Positions 48,050 to 57,248 of a stretch of 64,000 nucleotides of DNA are shown piece after piece; position 1 is the first letter of the stretch, and each line of letters begins with the position of its first letter. This DNA is from an uncultured virus (IMG/VR IMGVR_UViG_3300021256_004112). Its lineage: Duplodnaviria; Heunggongvirae; Uroviricota; Caudoviricetes. Location of the stretch: IMG/VR virus record IMGVR_UViG_3300021256_004112; one strand, 5' to 3'. A model generated the notes under the pieces. It was not told the origin of the DNA, searched no databases, and saw only the letters and a program-made list of their open reading frames with translations. A program made the position numbers and the translations under genes.

Positions 48050-49090
48050 TTATAAGCGTTTCCACCCTACACCATCATTATTACGGACATAGACTTTTCT
48101 GTCAATAGCACTCATCTCGGCAACCAGCATTTCCAAATTTTTTCCAACAGGGGAGGCCATGCGCAATATCCAACTGCTGCCGTCTTTTTCCCATTTAAGG
48201 AAACCAAGGGATTTCACTAAATCTCTTAATTCAGGAATGAATCCGTTGATACGGATAATTGCCGTATTTTCCTTAATGTTTACCAATAACCCGTAAGGAA
48301 CAATTGCTGTGGCAGGTTTTGGCATTGGCGCAACAGGCGTGGGTTTGGATTCTGAACGATGGATAACTTGTATCGGTCTTCCGTCCGTTTCATGCAATTC
48401 CCCGCCAAATAAATCCATTGCATGTGCAGTAGATTGTAATACGGTACGGAAAGAAACTGTTTCGTTCTTGTTTATACGATTTCCGTAATTTGCCTGTAAC
48501 ACAGGATACATATCGCGATACAGTTTCCGTAACGCCTGATACACTTCATTTTCCATATAAGTATCATTCAAGGCCCGATGAGCTGGATATTTCTTCAATT
48601 GGAAATAATTCACAAGGGCTTCCACGCTTATCTTTCCATTTGTTGCGTCCTTGCTTATCAGTTGACGGGCAAGGGAAAGCGTATCCAAATAGGGATTCGG
48701 CAAAATCGGGATATGGAAGCATTTACAGGTGTAATCTAAAAAGCGAAGGTCGAACCCTTTAATTCCATGTCCGATTAACGGAAGGTCGCCAATAAACTGA
48801 ATAAAAGAAGGAAACACTTCCTGTAGCAAAGGACGGTCAGCGACCATCTTTTCGGTAATTCCCGTAATATCTTTTGCCATGCCTGAAATAAGGCAGGTAG
48901 GACGAACTAATGTAGAAAACGATGCAAGGACATTACCGTCTTTTTGGCATTTCAAAGCGCCAATTTCCAAAATCTCGTCGCCTGGCGTACAAGTACCCGT
49001 GGTTTCAAAATCGAAGATGATGTAATCGCTTTCAATCGGAGTTTTGAATTCCGTTCTCCGAAAAACGCCAAAAGTATCATGCTCTTTCAT
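48050..49090 (-). CDS. DEDDh 3'-5' exonuclease (PolC/epsilon-like) with C-terminal extension
   Basis: FDFETTG, GHGIKGFD, HRALND. Confidence 0.9.
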   Translation of the reverse strand: MKEHDTFGVFRRTEFKTPIESDYIIFDFETTGTCTPGDEILEIGALKCQKDGNVLASFSTLVRPTCLISGMAKDITGITEKMVADRPLLQEVFPSFIQFIGDLPLIGHGIKGFDLRFLDYTCKCFHIPILPNPYLDTLSLARQLISKDATNGKISVEALVNYFQLKKYPAHRALNDTYMENEVYQALRKLYRDMYPVLQANYGNRINKNETVSFRTVLQSTAHAMDLFGGELHETDGRPIQVIHRSESKPTPVAPMPKPATAIVPYGLLVNIKENTAIIRINGFIPELRDLVKSLGFLKWEKDGSSWILRMASPVGKNLEMLVAEMSAIDRKVYVRNNDGVGWKRL

Positions 49091-49517
49091 TATTTTCACC
49101 GCCTTTCAGGCTATCCGTTTCCTTTCCTTTTTTAAGGAAGAATACGCAATAACCCAAGCACAGGAAAACGAAGAGAATCCCGGCAACCTTGCTTAAAGCG
49201 TCGCTTAACATCATTGCGCCGGTAACAAGGAACGATACAGTGATGATGATAGCATACTCACTGTCCCATCCGATGTCATTCAAACGGCGGGATAACAGCG
49301 CATTTTGTCTCCATAACAAAATGCCGCCGATAACAAACAGTAACAGGGAAAGAACGCCTGCGATGATAACAAGATACGGATTTTTTGTATCGTTGGCGTA
49401 TGCACCGATGACAGTTGGAACATAAGTAGACAGCGCAAAGATACAGGCGGATATTACCGTCTGTTTAAAAAATGCTATTCTGTTTAATTTCCCTTTTGTC
49501 TCGAACATCTTTTTCAC
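49077..49517 (-). CDS. DUF805-like membrane protein
   Basis: GKLNR...RRLNDIGW, four hydrophobic segments. Confidence 0.7.
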   Translation of the reverse strand: MKKMFETKGKLNRIAFFKQTVISACIFALSTYVPTVIGAYANDTKNPYLVIIAGVLSLLLFVIGGILLWRQNALLSRRLNDIGWDSEYAIIITVSFLVTGAMMLSDALSKVAGILFVFLCLGYCVFFLKKGKETDSLKGGENNERA

Positions 49518-49918
49518 CCGTGATAATGAGAAGAAACAAAATTTTCCTTTACATTCCCATAGTAATCAAAAACAACAATAAAACGGCGGGCTAATTTAGC
49601 CAATTCTATCAACCGTCTTTCATTGGAAGATTTCCCATCCCAAAAGATGACCATTGCGTCAATGTAGTCAATCAGTTCAGCATCTCGAATGACTGTTGCT
49701 TCGGTCTGTGGCAGTATTCGGCATTGCCATTTTCTCATAGCAGCATACCGCTCTCCCATTCGGTCAGCCCCGTCAGTATGACGGGAAACGACCCATATAT
49801 CATTTCTTTCCTGAAAAGAAGAAAGACGGTCAAGGGAAAGTTTAAAGGTATTCCAATCATTAAAATCATTACCGCCACAAATTAAAATATGCATCGAATC
49901 CAACCTTCCATTTTTCAT
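49514..49918 (-). CDS. SLOG/YspA-like (DUF2493) protein
   Basis: ILICGGNDF, GADRMGERYA, VIFWDGKS. Confidence 0.75.
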   Translation of the reverse strand: MKNGRLDSMHILICGGNDFNDWNTFKLSLDRLSSFQERNDIWVVSRHTDGADRMGERYAAMRKWQCRILPQTEATVIRDAELIDYIDAMVIFWDGKSSNERRLIELAKLARRFIVVFDYYGNVKENFVSSHYHG

Positions 49919-50071
49919 TATACACTAATTATAGCATAATGTCAATACTATTGCAATAAGAAACCGCAATATTTCAGCATTTATAAAATAATAGCCACAT
50001 TTGCGTATTTACATTACACTGTTTATATGATATAATAAGTGTACAATAAAGAACAGGAGAGGTAATGCACT

Positions 50072-50695
50072 ATGGAAGAATTACTGAAGAAACTGGCAAC
50101 AGTACAGAAAGTATTACGTGTAGGAAAAGAGCAGAACAATGATTTTGGCGGGTACAAATTCCGCAGTACAGAAGACATCCTGCAGGCGGTAAAACCCATC
50201 CTTTCCGAAAACGGGCTGGTCATGTACATGTCTGACAATGTAGTCTTAATTGGCGAACGGTATTATGTGAACGTCACGGTTACGATTACAGACGGGAAAG
50301 ACATGTTGCAGGTAGAAGCACAGGCTCGGGAAGAATTGGCAAAGAAAGGCATGGATGCTTCACAGATTACGGGAATGGCCTCTTCCTACGCACATAAGCG
50401 GGCATTAGGGTCGTTATTCTTAATTGATAATACACCGGATGCAGACAAGCTGAACACGGAAGTTCCGGACGACACCAAACCGCCCATCAATACCAAAAAG
50501 GAATTATTGAAAGAGATTGCAGCAGAAGCCCGCAACAAAGGAATCAACCCTGCGTCGCTCAAACAGGTCATCCAGCGTATGTTCAATGTAAGCGGTTCTG
50601 ACTCATTGACACTGGACCAGGTACAGCAGTTGCGCCTCAATTTTGAAGAATGTTGGAAAGAAATTGTAGCAGAAGGCACAGCAAAAAGCGCATAA
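50072..50695 (+). CDS. ERF-family single-strand annealing protein
   Basis: NDFGGYKFRSTEDIL, KKGMDASQITGMASSYA. Confidence 0.9.
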   Translation: MEELLKKLATVQKVLRVGKEQNNDFGGYKFRSTEDILQAVKPILSENGLVMYMSDNVVLIGERYYVNVTVTITDGKDMLQVEAQAREELAKKGMDASQITGMASSYAHKRALGSLFLIDNTPDADKLNTEVPDDTKPPINTKKELLKEIAAEARNKGINPASLKQVIQRMFNVSGSDSLTLDQVQQLRLNFEECWKEIVAEGTAKSA

Positions 50696-50705
50696 CGGAA
50701 AATGA

Positions 50706-50742
50706 AAAAGCCCGTTGGGAATAATCCCAGCGGGCTGTTTTT
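50706..50742. terminator. Bidirectional intrinsic terminator
   Basis: AGCCCGTTGGGA-ATAA-TCCCAGCGGGCT between convergent genes. Confidence 0.8.
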
Positions 50743-50748
50743 ATAATC

Positions 50749-51894
50749 TCAATTTCTTTCATAACTTTCCGTTCTTGCATTTCCTGTATTTTCTTTCTTC
50801 AAAGCCCCTGTTTTTACAGGTTGGCGGAATAAAGTTACGGCTTTTTCTATATTTTCATGAACAGCTTTAAAGAATCCTTCTTTATCCCCTTGCAAAAACT
50901 CATTAGGGTCTTTATATTCCCCATTGACATTTCCTTCAATATACGGAAGATGCAATCGTTTCAGCGTTTCAATCATTTTTGTTTTGTACATATTTCCTGT
51001 TTTGTCGTCATCCAAGGATACAATGACGACAGCAGGAATTTTATCTTTGGCAAGTCGTTCGCCGAAAGAAGTTGCCATAGCTGCCGAACCAACGCTTACA
51101 GCATGTCCGCCTGCATAAGCAATACTTAATGCGTCAAATTCCCCTTCCACGACAAAAACAGCTTTTGGTTCCTCTTTCTTCATATGGTCATATAAAAAAG
51201 GCGGGATAACCTTTCCTGTTTTCACCTTATATTTTTTCAGATACACAGAATCATTGACCCCTCTGGCCATATAATTATTAGCATCGTAAGGAAGAATAAA
51301 ACGGGGGGAAGGATTCAGCTTAGAATCAACCTTTCCTTCAATATGCGGTGGTCGCCAGCGGGCATAATACCCTACCCCGTATTTCAGGCAAAATTCAGTA
51401 GGAATACCGCGTATTTCTTTCCATCCTGTTCGGATTAAATTTTGCTGCCCACCCCAATAGAATTTAGAAAAATCCTGTTTCTGTTTTTCGATTAACGCAT
51501 CCTGTTGCTTTTCCCGTTCCTTACGGCGCAGTTCCCGTTGTTTAAGAAGCGCTTCCTTATCATGATAATCATATGTTTCAACATCGGAAAACTGATGCCC
51601 AAAGGTATGGCGTAACGACTCAATTGCACCTCGGAAATCCGTATGTTCGGCTAATTTTACAAGGTCAATAGCCCTGCCATGTTCCTGACAACTATAACAA
51701 TTAAAGAATGGCGGTTTCCCACCTTTCCCATCAGACACATGTAATGCTCCGGTTCCCCCGCCCATACCACTGCCACAGGAAGGGCAACAATAAAAATTCT
51801 TGCCGGCTTTTGGGGATGGCTCGAGATAATGTTGCGCAATCTCCTGCAAATTTTCCGTATAAAAATCAATTTCTTCCTGCGAAACTTTTTTCAT
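50749..51894 (-). CDS. DNA primase (zinc finger + TOPRIM)
   Basis: CPSC...CYSC; VVEGEFDALS; SLDDD; YKDPNE. Confidence 0.88.
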   Translation of the reverse strand: MKKVSQEEIDFYTENLQEIAQHYLEPSPKAGKNFYCCPSCGSGMGGGTGALHVSDGKGGKPPFFNCYSCQEHGRAIDLVKLAEHTDFRGAIESLRHTFGHQFSDVETYDYHDKEALLKQRELRRKEREKQQDALIEKQKQDFSKFYWGGQQNLIRTGWKEIRGIPTEFCLKYGVGYYARWRPPHIEGKVDSKLNPSPRFILPYDANNYMARGVNDSVYLKKYKVKTGKVIPPFLYDHMKKEEPKAVFVVEGEFDALSIAYAGGHAVSVGSAAMATSFGERLAKDKIPAVVIVSLDDDKTGNMYKTKMIETLKRLHLPYIEGNVNGEYKDPNEFLQGDKEGFFKAVHENIEKAVTLFRQPVKTGALKKENTGNARTESYERN

Positions 51895-51939
51895 GGCACA
51901 TTCCTTTCAAAATTAAAATTTGTAAAGAGCTTACTCTGT

Positions 51940-53634
51940 TTACTTTTCCAAATCATTCGCTTTCAGCTTATTAAATCCTTGCGCTTGTGCCTGCTTTACC
52001 AACAAATTAAAACTTGCAGGTACATTCTCGGCGTTACGATTATAAGAAAGCAGATATCCCTTATTGTTCCGCTTATCATTCTCAAACGCCCATTTTTCAA
52101 TCGCAAAGGCAAGTTTATTCTGCTTATCGGTTAATTTCGAGCTACGCTTGAAATAGAACTTTTTGCCTTTTGCCGGGACAGATTTCTCAGAAATCATTTT
52201 ATGGTCTTCCGCCAATGCCATTTCATTTGTTACTGACTTTGGTTTCTCTTTTTCTTTGCTCAAATAAGTATCGCAACAAAGTTTCGAAAACTCCGCAACA
52301 TCTACTATCCGAGTGGTTTTCCCAGCAGACAGTCTAAGCTCCTGCCCTTCATTAAACTTCAAAAATTCCTGTTTCTCATCAAAATTGTATCCAGCATCTT
52401 TTAATTCTTTTTTATTTTCATTAGTTGGCACTGCGGGAGTAAATGGAATATTTGTATATTCGTTATACCCAAAATTCGCATAATTAGGAACACCATAGAA
52501 TTCCACGCGCCAATAATCATTTGGCAATGATTTTGAACTGTTATAAGGAACAAGATAACTTTTGCAAACGCCCTTATCCGTAATAGCGCTATCTAAATCG
52601 CCACTCTGTTTCAATCTGTCAATCACATCTTCTGAAGCGCCTTTTAAATTAGCGTGTCTAAACTGGCATCCGAAAAATTTATTTTTCAAAGGTTCTTTTT
52701 CTGCCGTAAATTTCGCATCGGATAAATCCGCATAATTTAAACTAACATAATAAAACCCATTCACTGGCGCCTCTGAAAAATCAGCTCCCTTAAAATTAGC
52801 CCCAGATAAGTCCACTGCATTAAATTCCATCTGACTGTTATCAACAGTAAATTTAACATTCGAAAAATCAGCCCGTCGCGGGTCGTTTAAAAGTTCTTCC
52901 GACAGCTTGTTGAAATCAGTATTCTCAACCCTGTTATAATATGCTTCATCATATTTACCCGCAAACCCATACACATCATTCAGCCATGCCTGATGATTCT
53001 CAATGGTCTTCCTTACTTCATCCAACTCCATATTACGATTCGCAATATCAAATACTTCCTGCTTACCATTATTTGCTATTGTTTCTTTTCCCTGTTCTGC
53101 AGGATTGTATTCAAATTCCTTTCTTATCCCAACCGCCAAAATAGCATGTTTTTCCTTAAAATGTTTTTCGCCACTATATTTCGATAACAGAACTGTTGAA
53201 TTATAAAGTTTATGTTCAGAACAAAACTGTTGAAAATCATTAGAAAATTCTTCGTGATGTTCTTTTGTAAGACGGGTTCCAACAAACAAAGTAAATTCAT
53301 CGCGATAATTTTCATCTACAGCATGATGCGCAGTTATCAGCACCTCTTCTTTACCTTTAATAAACGCTAATGTGCGTTCATCCCAATACTCTTCCCTGTT
53401 TTGATATTCAGCTACAATGCCTTCCCGACCTTTGGCTGCGATACGGAACAAATCCTGTACGGCTTCTGAAGCTTTATCCAATTGCTGAAAATCAGCTTCA
53501 TACATTTGTTGAGGAAATTTCCCGTAATAATAAGGGACTGAATGCCACATATACACCAATTCATCATTGGTATTCGCAACAGTATTTTCCGTCCCCGCTT
53601 CTTTATGATTAACCATTTCTGTATCCCCTTTCAC
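51940..53634 (-). CDS. Pentapeptide-repeat-containing protein
   Basis: ADFSN, VDLSGANFKGADFS, ADLSDAKF, ANLKGA. Confidence 0.7.
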   Translation of the reverse strand: MKGDTEMVNHKEAGTENTVANTNDELVYMWHSVPYYYGKFPQQMYEADFQQLDKASEAVQDLFRIAAKGREGIVAEYQNREEYWDERTLAFIKGKEEVLITAHHAVDENYRDEFTLFVGTRLTKEHHEEFSNDFQQFCSEHKLYNSTVLLSKYSGEKHFKEKHAILAVGIRKEFEYNPAEQGKETIANNGKQEVFDIANRNMELDEVRKTIENHQAWLNDVYGFAGKYDEAYYNRVENTDFNKLSEELLNDPRRADFSNVKFTVDNSQMEFNAVDLSGANFKGADFSEAPVNGFYYVSLNYADLSDAKFTAEKEPLKNKFFGCQFRHANLKGASEDVIDRLKQSGDLDSAITDKGVCKSYLVPYNSSKSLPNDYWRVEFYGVPNYANFGYNEYTNIPFTPAVPTNENKKELKDAGYNFDEKQEFLKFNEGQELRLSAGKTTRIVDVAEFSKLCCDTYLSKEKEKPKSVTNEMALAEDHKMISEKSVPAKGKKFYFKRSSKLTDKQNKLAFAIEKWAFENDKRNNKGYLLSYNRNAENVPASFNLLVKQAQAQGFNKLKANDLEK

Positions 53635-53744
53635 TTATTTTCTCTTGCATATCTTATCATTCTTGTTTGCTTCTACTTATTGTACACTACAAAACCAAAA
53701 GACTCCCCCAAGAAGCTTTCCTGTACATGTCCTGCTATTCCCAT

Positions 53745-54797
53745 TCATCCCTTTCTTCCTTGACCCTTTAGCCCAAATATATTAAGCCTTACAAAACCTA
53801 TACAGCTACAAACGCAATAAACGAGAATTGCTATAGCAATAGATAATGGGATGAAATACCATTTCTGTTGATATGCGCTCATATTGAATACATTCATCCA
53901 TAAACATTCCCTTATAACCGGATAATCTGAAATCAAATACACATCAAATACTACGCTTGCAATCTTATTAATCCAAACACTATGAAAGGAAATATTCTTG
54001 AACAACAAAAAGATGAAAACCGAAAGTACGAAAGTTGGGAAATAATATTTATCATAATAGTATGGAACATTTTTCCCAAACATAGGCAAATCATATCGGT
54101 TCATTAAATAATTCGTTACAACTATTTCCAGTAAAGTAAACAATAGGATTAGAAACATTAATCTTTTAGGGGAAACAGAAAAATCTTCCTCATAAAACCT
54201 TATGTATCCTGCAATTAAGAACAGATAACTAAACCACATTACATTTACAATCAAAAGATTTCGGATGATAAATTCGCCAAACGCAGAAGGTATCATAGTG
54301 GGAGTTATGCACAAAATAAGACAGGCATACAAAAGGATAATACCCAAAAACAACTTGTGTGACTTTTGCAAAATGAAATTCAAGACAGGAATCAATAAAA
54401 GCAGAAACAGATAGGTTGTTGCAAACCACCATTTATCAGGGAAGATTGCGGTCAATAACAGATTCGGACTACTTACATCTGTAAGGTTGAACAATGCCGT
54501 AAAAACGGCTAAAAAGAAGCTGTAAAATGCAAGAAGGGACACAAATTTCAAAACCCTTTTATAATCAAACCCTAATTTTATTTTAGACGACAAAAAATAT
54601 CCGGTAATCAACACGAAGACATTTACGCCTACCTCGCCCAAAACTTGTACATATCGTACAAACGCATTGTTAACGGATTCAATTTCAACATTATAATTGC
54701 CATGATAGAACATATGAAACAGTACTATGCCTACCATTGAAGTTACTCTGAGCAATTCAATATTAGCTAACCTGTTCATCTTAAAATTCCTTCTCAT
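53745..54797 (-). CDS. Acyltransferase family 3 membrane protein
   Basis: NIELLR...VLFH, GVNVFVLITGYF, WWF, multiple TM segments; AT-rich. Confidence 0.88.
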   Translation of the reverse strand: MRRNFKMNRLANIELLRVTSMVGIVLFHMFYHGNYNVEIESVNNAFVRYVQVLGEVGVNVFVLITGYFLSSKIKLGFDYKRVLKFVSLLAFYSFFLAVFTALFNLTDVSSPNLLLTAIFPDKWWFATTYLFLLLLIPVLNFILQKSHKLFLGIILLYACLILCITPTMIPSAFGEFIIRNLLIVNVMWFSYLFLIAGYIRFYEEDFSVSPKRLMFLILLFTLLEIVVTNYLMNRYDLPMFGKNVPYYYDKYYFPTFVLSVFIFLLFKNISFHSVWINKIASVVFDVYLISDYPVIRECLWMNVFNMSAYQQKWYFIPLSIAIAILVYCVCSCIGFVRLNIFGLKGQGRKG

Positions 54798-55016
54798 CCT
54801 TTTGTTTACTACATCTTTTATATTCCAAGGAAAGCGTACAAAAGCGCCATACTTAATCTAAAACAAAAACGGGTCAATACTCGTCTCGAAAGAAGGGATT
54901 TGGAAAATGCTGTATATTATATCCTCACCCGCTGTTCAATCTTTGCTAAAAAATCCCCCGCATCTGCTAAAGCAAATTGGGGGATTTTCCATTTTTACAA
55001 AAATGGCTGACAAAAG

Positions 55017-56141
55017 TTATCTAAAGTCAAAGCTATGGATTTCCTCAGAACCATCTTCTTTATAAAAAACAATATTCGTGTAACCAAGCTTCGGCTTATT
55101 CTCATTCAAAGTGAGTAAAACAAAGAACGTTTTTTCATCATGCCAATTATATTTATTATTCAAAAAGATATCCACCCGATGACCGCACTCATTACAGAAC
55201 TTCAAAAATTCTTTTTCTCTTAAAAACATTTCAACGATATCGGCAACACCTTGAAACATGTGCGTCATGTATGGTTGTGAAACAACATACACTTTCTTGT
55301 TTCCAATCCAAACGCTATTATTGTCAAATAATGTATGGCGCAAATCTGATTTCAACGCTTTCTGCAAATACGTGCTTTTTTCCAAAGTAAGGCAGGTCAA
55401 CAAATAAGACATTTCAACAGATTCCGTAATTCCAAAATCGCAGATAAAATTCTTAAACTTCTGCTTCCCCGGATTCCGTACTATGTTCATCTGCTTTACC
55501 CTCTCATGCGGGAGCGCAAACAAAATTCTTTTGTACCGTAACGCAACAGTATCCTTTGAATCTTTTTCACAATGATTGGAAGAATTCGCAACAGGAGCGG
55601 TGTTATAGGGTGAGGATTTTACATTGGCACAAGTCGAATTGCCGAAATTCGATTCATCAAAATCCTCGTGATTTTCCCCTTCGGTTTCCTTTTTCCCATT
55701 CATCCCTTTCTTTATAGACCCGCTTTTTGCTTTTTCCTCTTTTTCATCCAACGCTGCCTTCAAATTTATAATTTCTTCTTCCTGTTTTTTAATCAAATCA
55801 TACATTGCTTTCAGCATATTAACACTTTCGGTAGCACAAGCGAAAAGTCTATGAAAATCTTCCTGATTAATAGAAGTTGAATAGAGAACTTCGCCGGTCT
55901 CTTCATCTTCCTCTTCCACAAAATTCGTCCGCAGTCGGGAAAGGATGTCAGCGAGATAGTAACCATTTCTCGGACACAACTCATCCAACCTATCGAAAAT
56001 TTCATCCATTATTTCTTCATTGAGCAATTCATCCGCTTCTTTACTATTTTTAAATACAATCTTAACAGTAGTATTCTTACCAAAGCGATTCTCGGAATTC
56101 CAAATTGTTATATCCATGATTTTTTCCTTTCTTCCTTTCAT
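55017..56141 (-). CDS. Hypothetical protein
   Basis: 374 aa with a central coiled coil. Confidence 0.65.
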   Translation of the reverse strand: MKGRKEKIMDITIWNSENRFGKNTTVKIVFKNSKEADELLNEEIMDEIFDRLDELCPRNGYYLADILSRLRTNFVEEEDEETGEVLYSTSINQEDFHRLFACATESVNMLKAMYDLIKKQEEEIINLKAALDEKEEKAKSGSIKKGMNGKKETEGENHEDFDESNFGNSTCANVKSSPYNTAPVANSSNHCEKDSKDTVALRYKRILFALPHERVKQMNIVRNPGKQKFKNFICDFGITESVEMSYLLTCLTLEKSTYLQKALKSDLRHTLFDNNSVWIGNKKVYVVSQPYMTHMFQGVADIVEMFLREKEFLKFCNECGHRVDIFLNNKYNWHDEKTFFVLLTLNENKPKLGYTNIVFYKEDGSEEIHSFDFR

Positions 56142-56216
56142 TTAAAATCATCATTTTTATTATCCCCATCAATGTATCAAATCCCTTTATTTTTTTATAA
56201 AATGTCAAAACGAAAT

Positions 56217-56792
56217 TCATTTCCATTTGAAAACTACCGCTATCTTCTTTTTCACATCCGAAAGGTTATAAAACTTTCCTTTTGTTTCTTCCATAAACCC
56301 AATCGGTAATTTTCTGTTCGCCTTATAAGGAAAATCTACTCGGATAATATTTTCATCTCCGTAGTCCTTATTCCAAAAATACGCATCAAACAAATAAATA
56401 TATTCGTCATCCGCATCCGTAAGCGTTATATAATGTTCGTCCCACAAAAGGCACATCACAACAATAGCACAATTTCCTTTACGCAGCATATTTAATAACG
56501 GCGAGTTTTTCTGAAAATTAAATTCTTCGTAACAATCGCAATGTAAAGGAAACCCTGTTTTTTGCGAATACCTGTTAATCCATTGCGCTAAATATTTCAT
56601 TGCTTCCGGCGATGTTCCTTCCCGTCCAATCATTCCCGTTTGATTGCATTCATTTAGGCAAACACCATAAATCACTTTTAAGAAGGAAGCGGGGATATCC
56701 GAGAACGGGACGACATAATTTATTGCGTTTATGACCGCAGTACTTCCGCAATCATACTCCGTAATCTGATATTTTAACGGTACTTCGTTCAT
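56217..56792 (-). CDS. Stand-alone C39-like cysteine peptidase
   Basis: YQITEYDCG (Q..C), EHY, LFD catalytic spacing. Confidence 0.75.
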   Translation of the reverse strand: MNEVPLKYQITEYDCGSTAVINAINYVVPFSDIPASFLKVIYGVCLNECNQTGMIGREGTSPEAMKYLAQWINRYSQKTGFPLHCDCYEEFNFQKNSPLLNMLRKGNCAIVVMCLLWDEHYITLTDADDEYIYLFDAYFWNKDYGDENIIRVDFPYKANRKLPIGFMEETKGKFYNLSDVKKKIAVVFKWK

Positions 56793-56914
56793 ACATTATT
56801 CCCCCACATCACAAAAACCGTCGCAAAATACATAATGACCGCCAATAGTAAAATCAACATGTACCCGTCACCGAAAAATCCCAAAAACGATTTTATGTCT
56901 TTCTTATCCATCAT
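56789..56914 (-). CDS. Small hydrophobic peptide coupled to the C39 gene
   Basis: MMDKKDIKSFLGFFGDGYMLILLLAVIMYFATVFVMWGNNV; ATGA overlap; AGGTG RBS. Confidence 0.5.
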   Translation of the reverse strand: MMDKKDIKSFLGFFGDGYMLILLLAVIMYFATVFVMWGNNV

Positions 56915-57248
56915 CTATCACCACCTAATTTTATTTACCCACCGTTTTATCAATCCGTATCCTTTTAGCAAATACCATCCGTTATTTTTCTTATTCCGTT
57001 TTACTCCATTTTATTCACCATTTCTTTGGCATCCTGCTTAATCTTATTCCGCAACTTTTTGTTAAAGTACATCAAGCGTTTAAATTTCATGGTATCCTTT
57101 TCCCCGCCGTTGTAGATATAAGAATTCTTTGCCTTTTTCTTTTTATTTTGGCTTGCCATTATGTTTCGCCCTTTCGAATCTTTCTGTAAAACACAATATT
57201 AAAAATGAGCGAGAAACTTTTACACAGAAATTCCCCGCTCTATTCAAA

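Noticed and set aside
4701..55721. Dispersed repeats as a CRISPR array
   Set aside because: Copies are kilobases apart, with no spacer periodicity and no cas genes.
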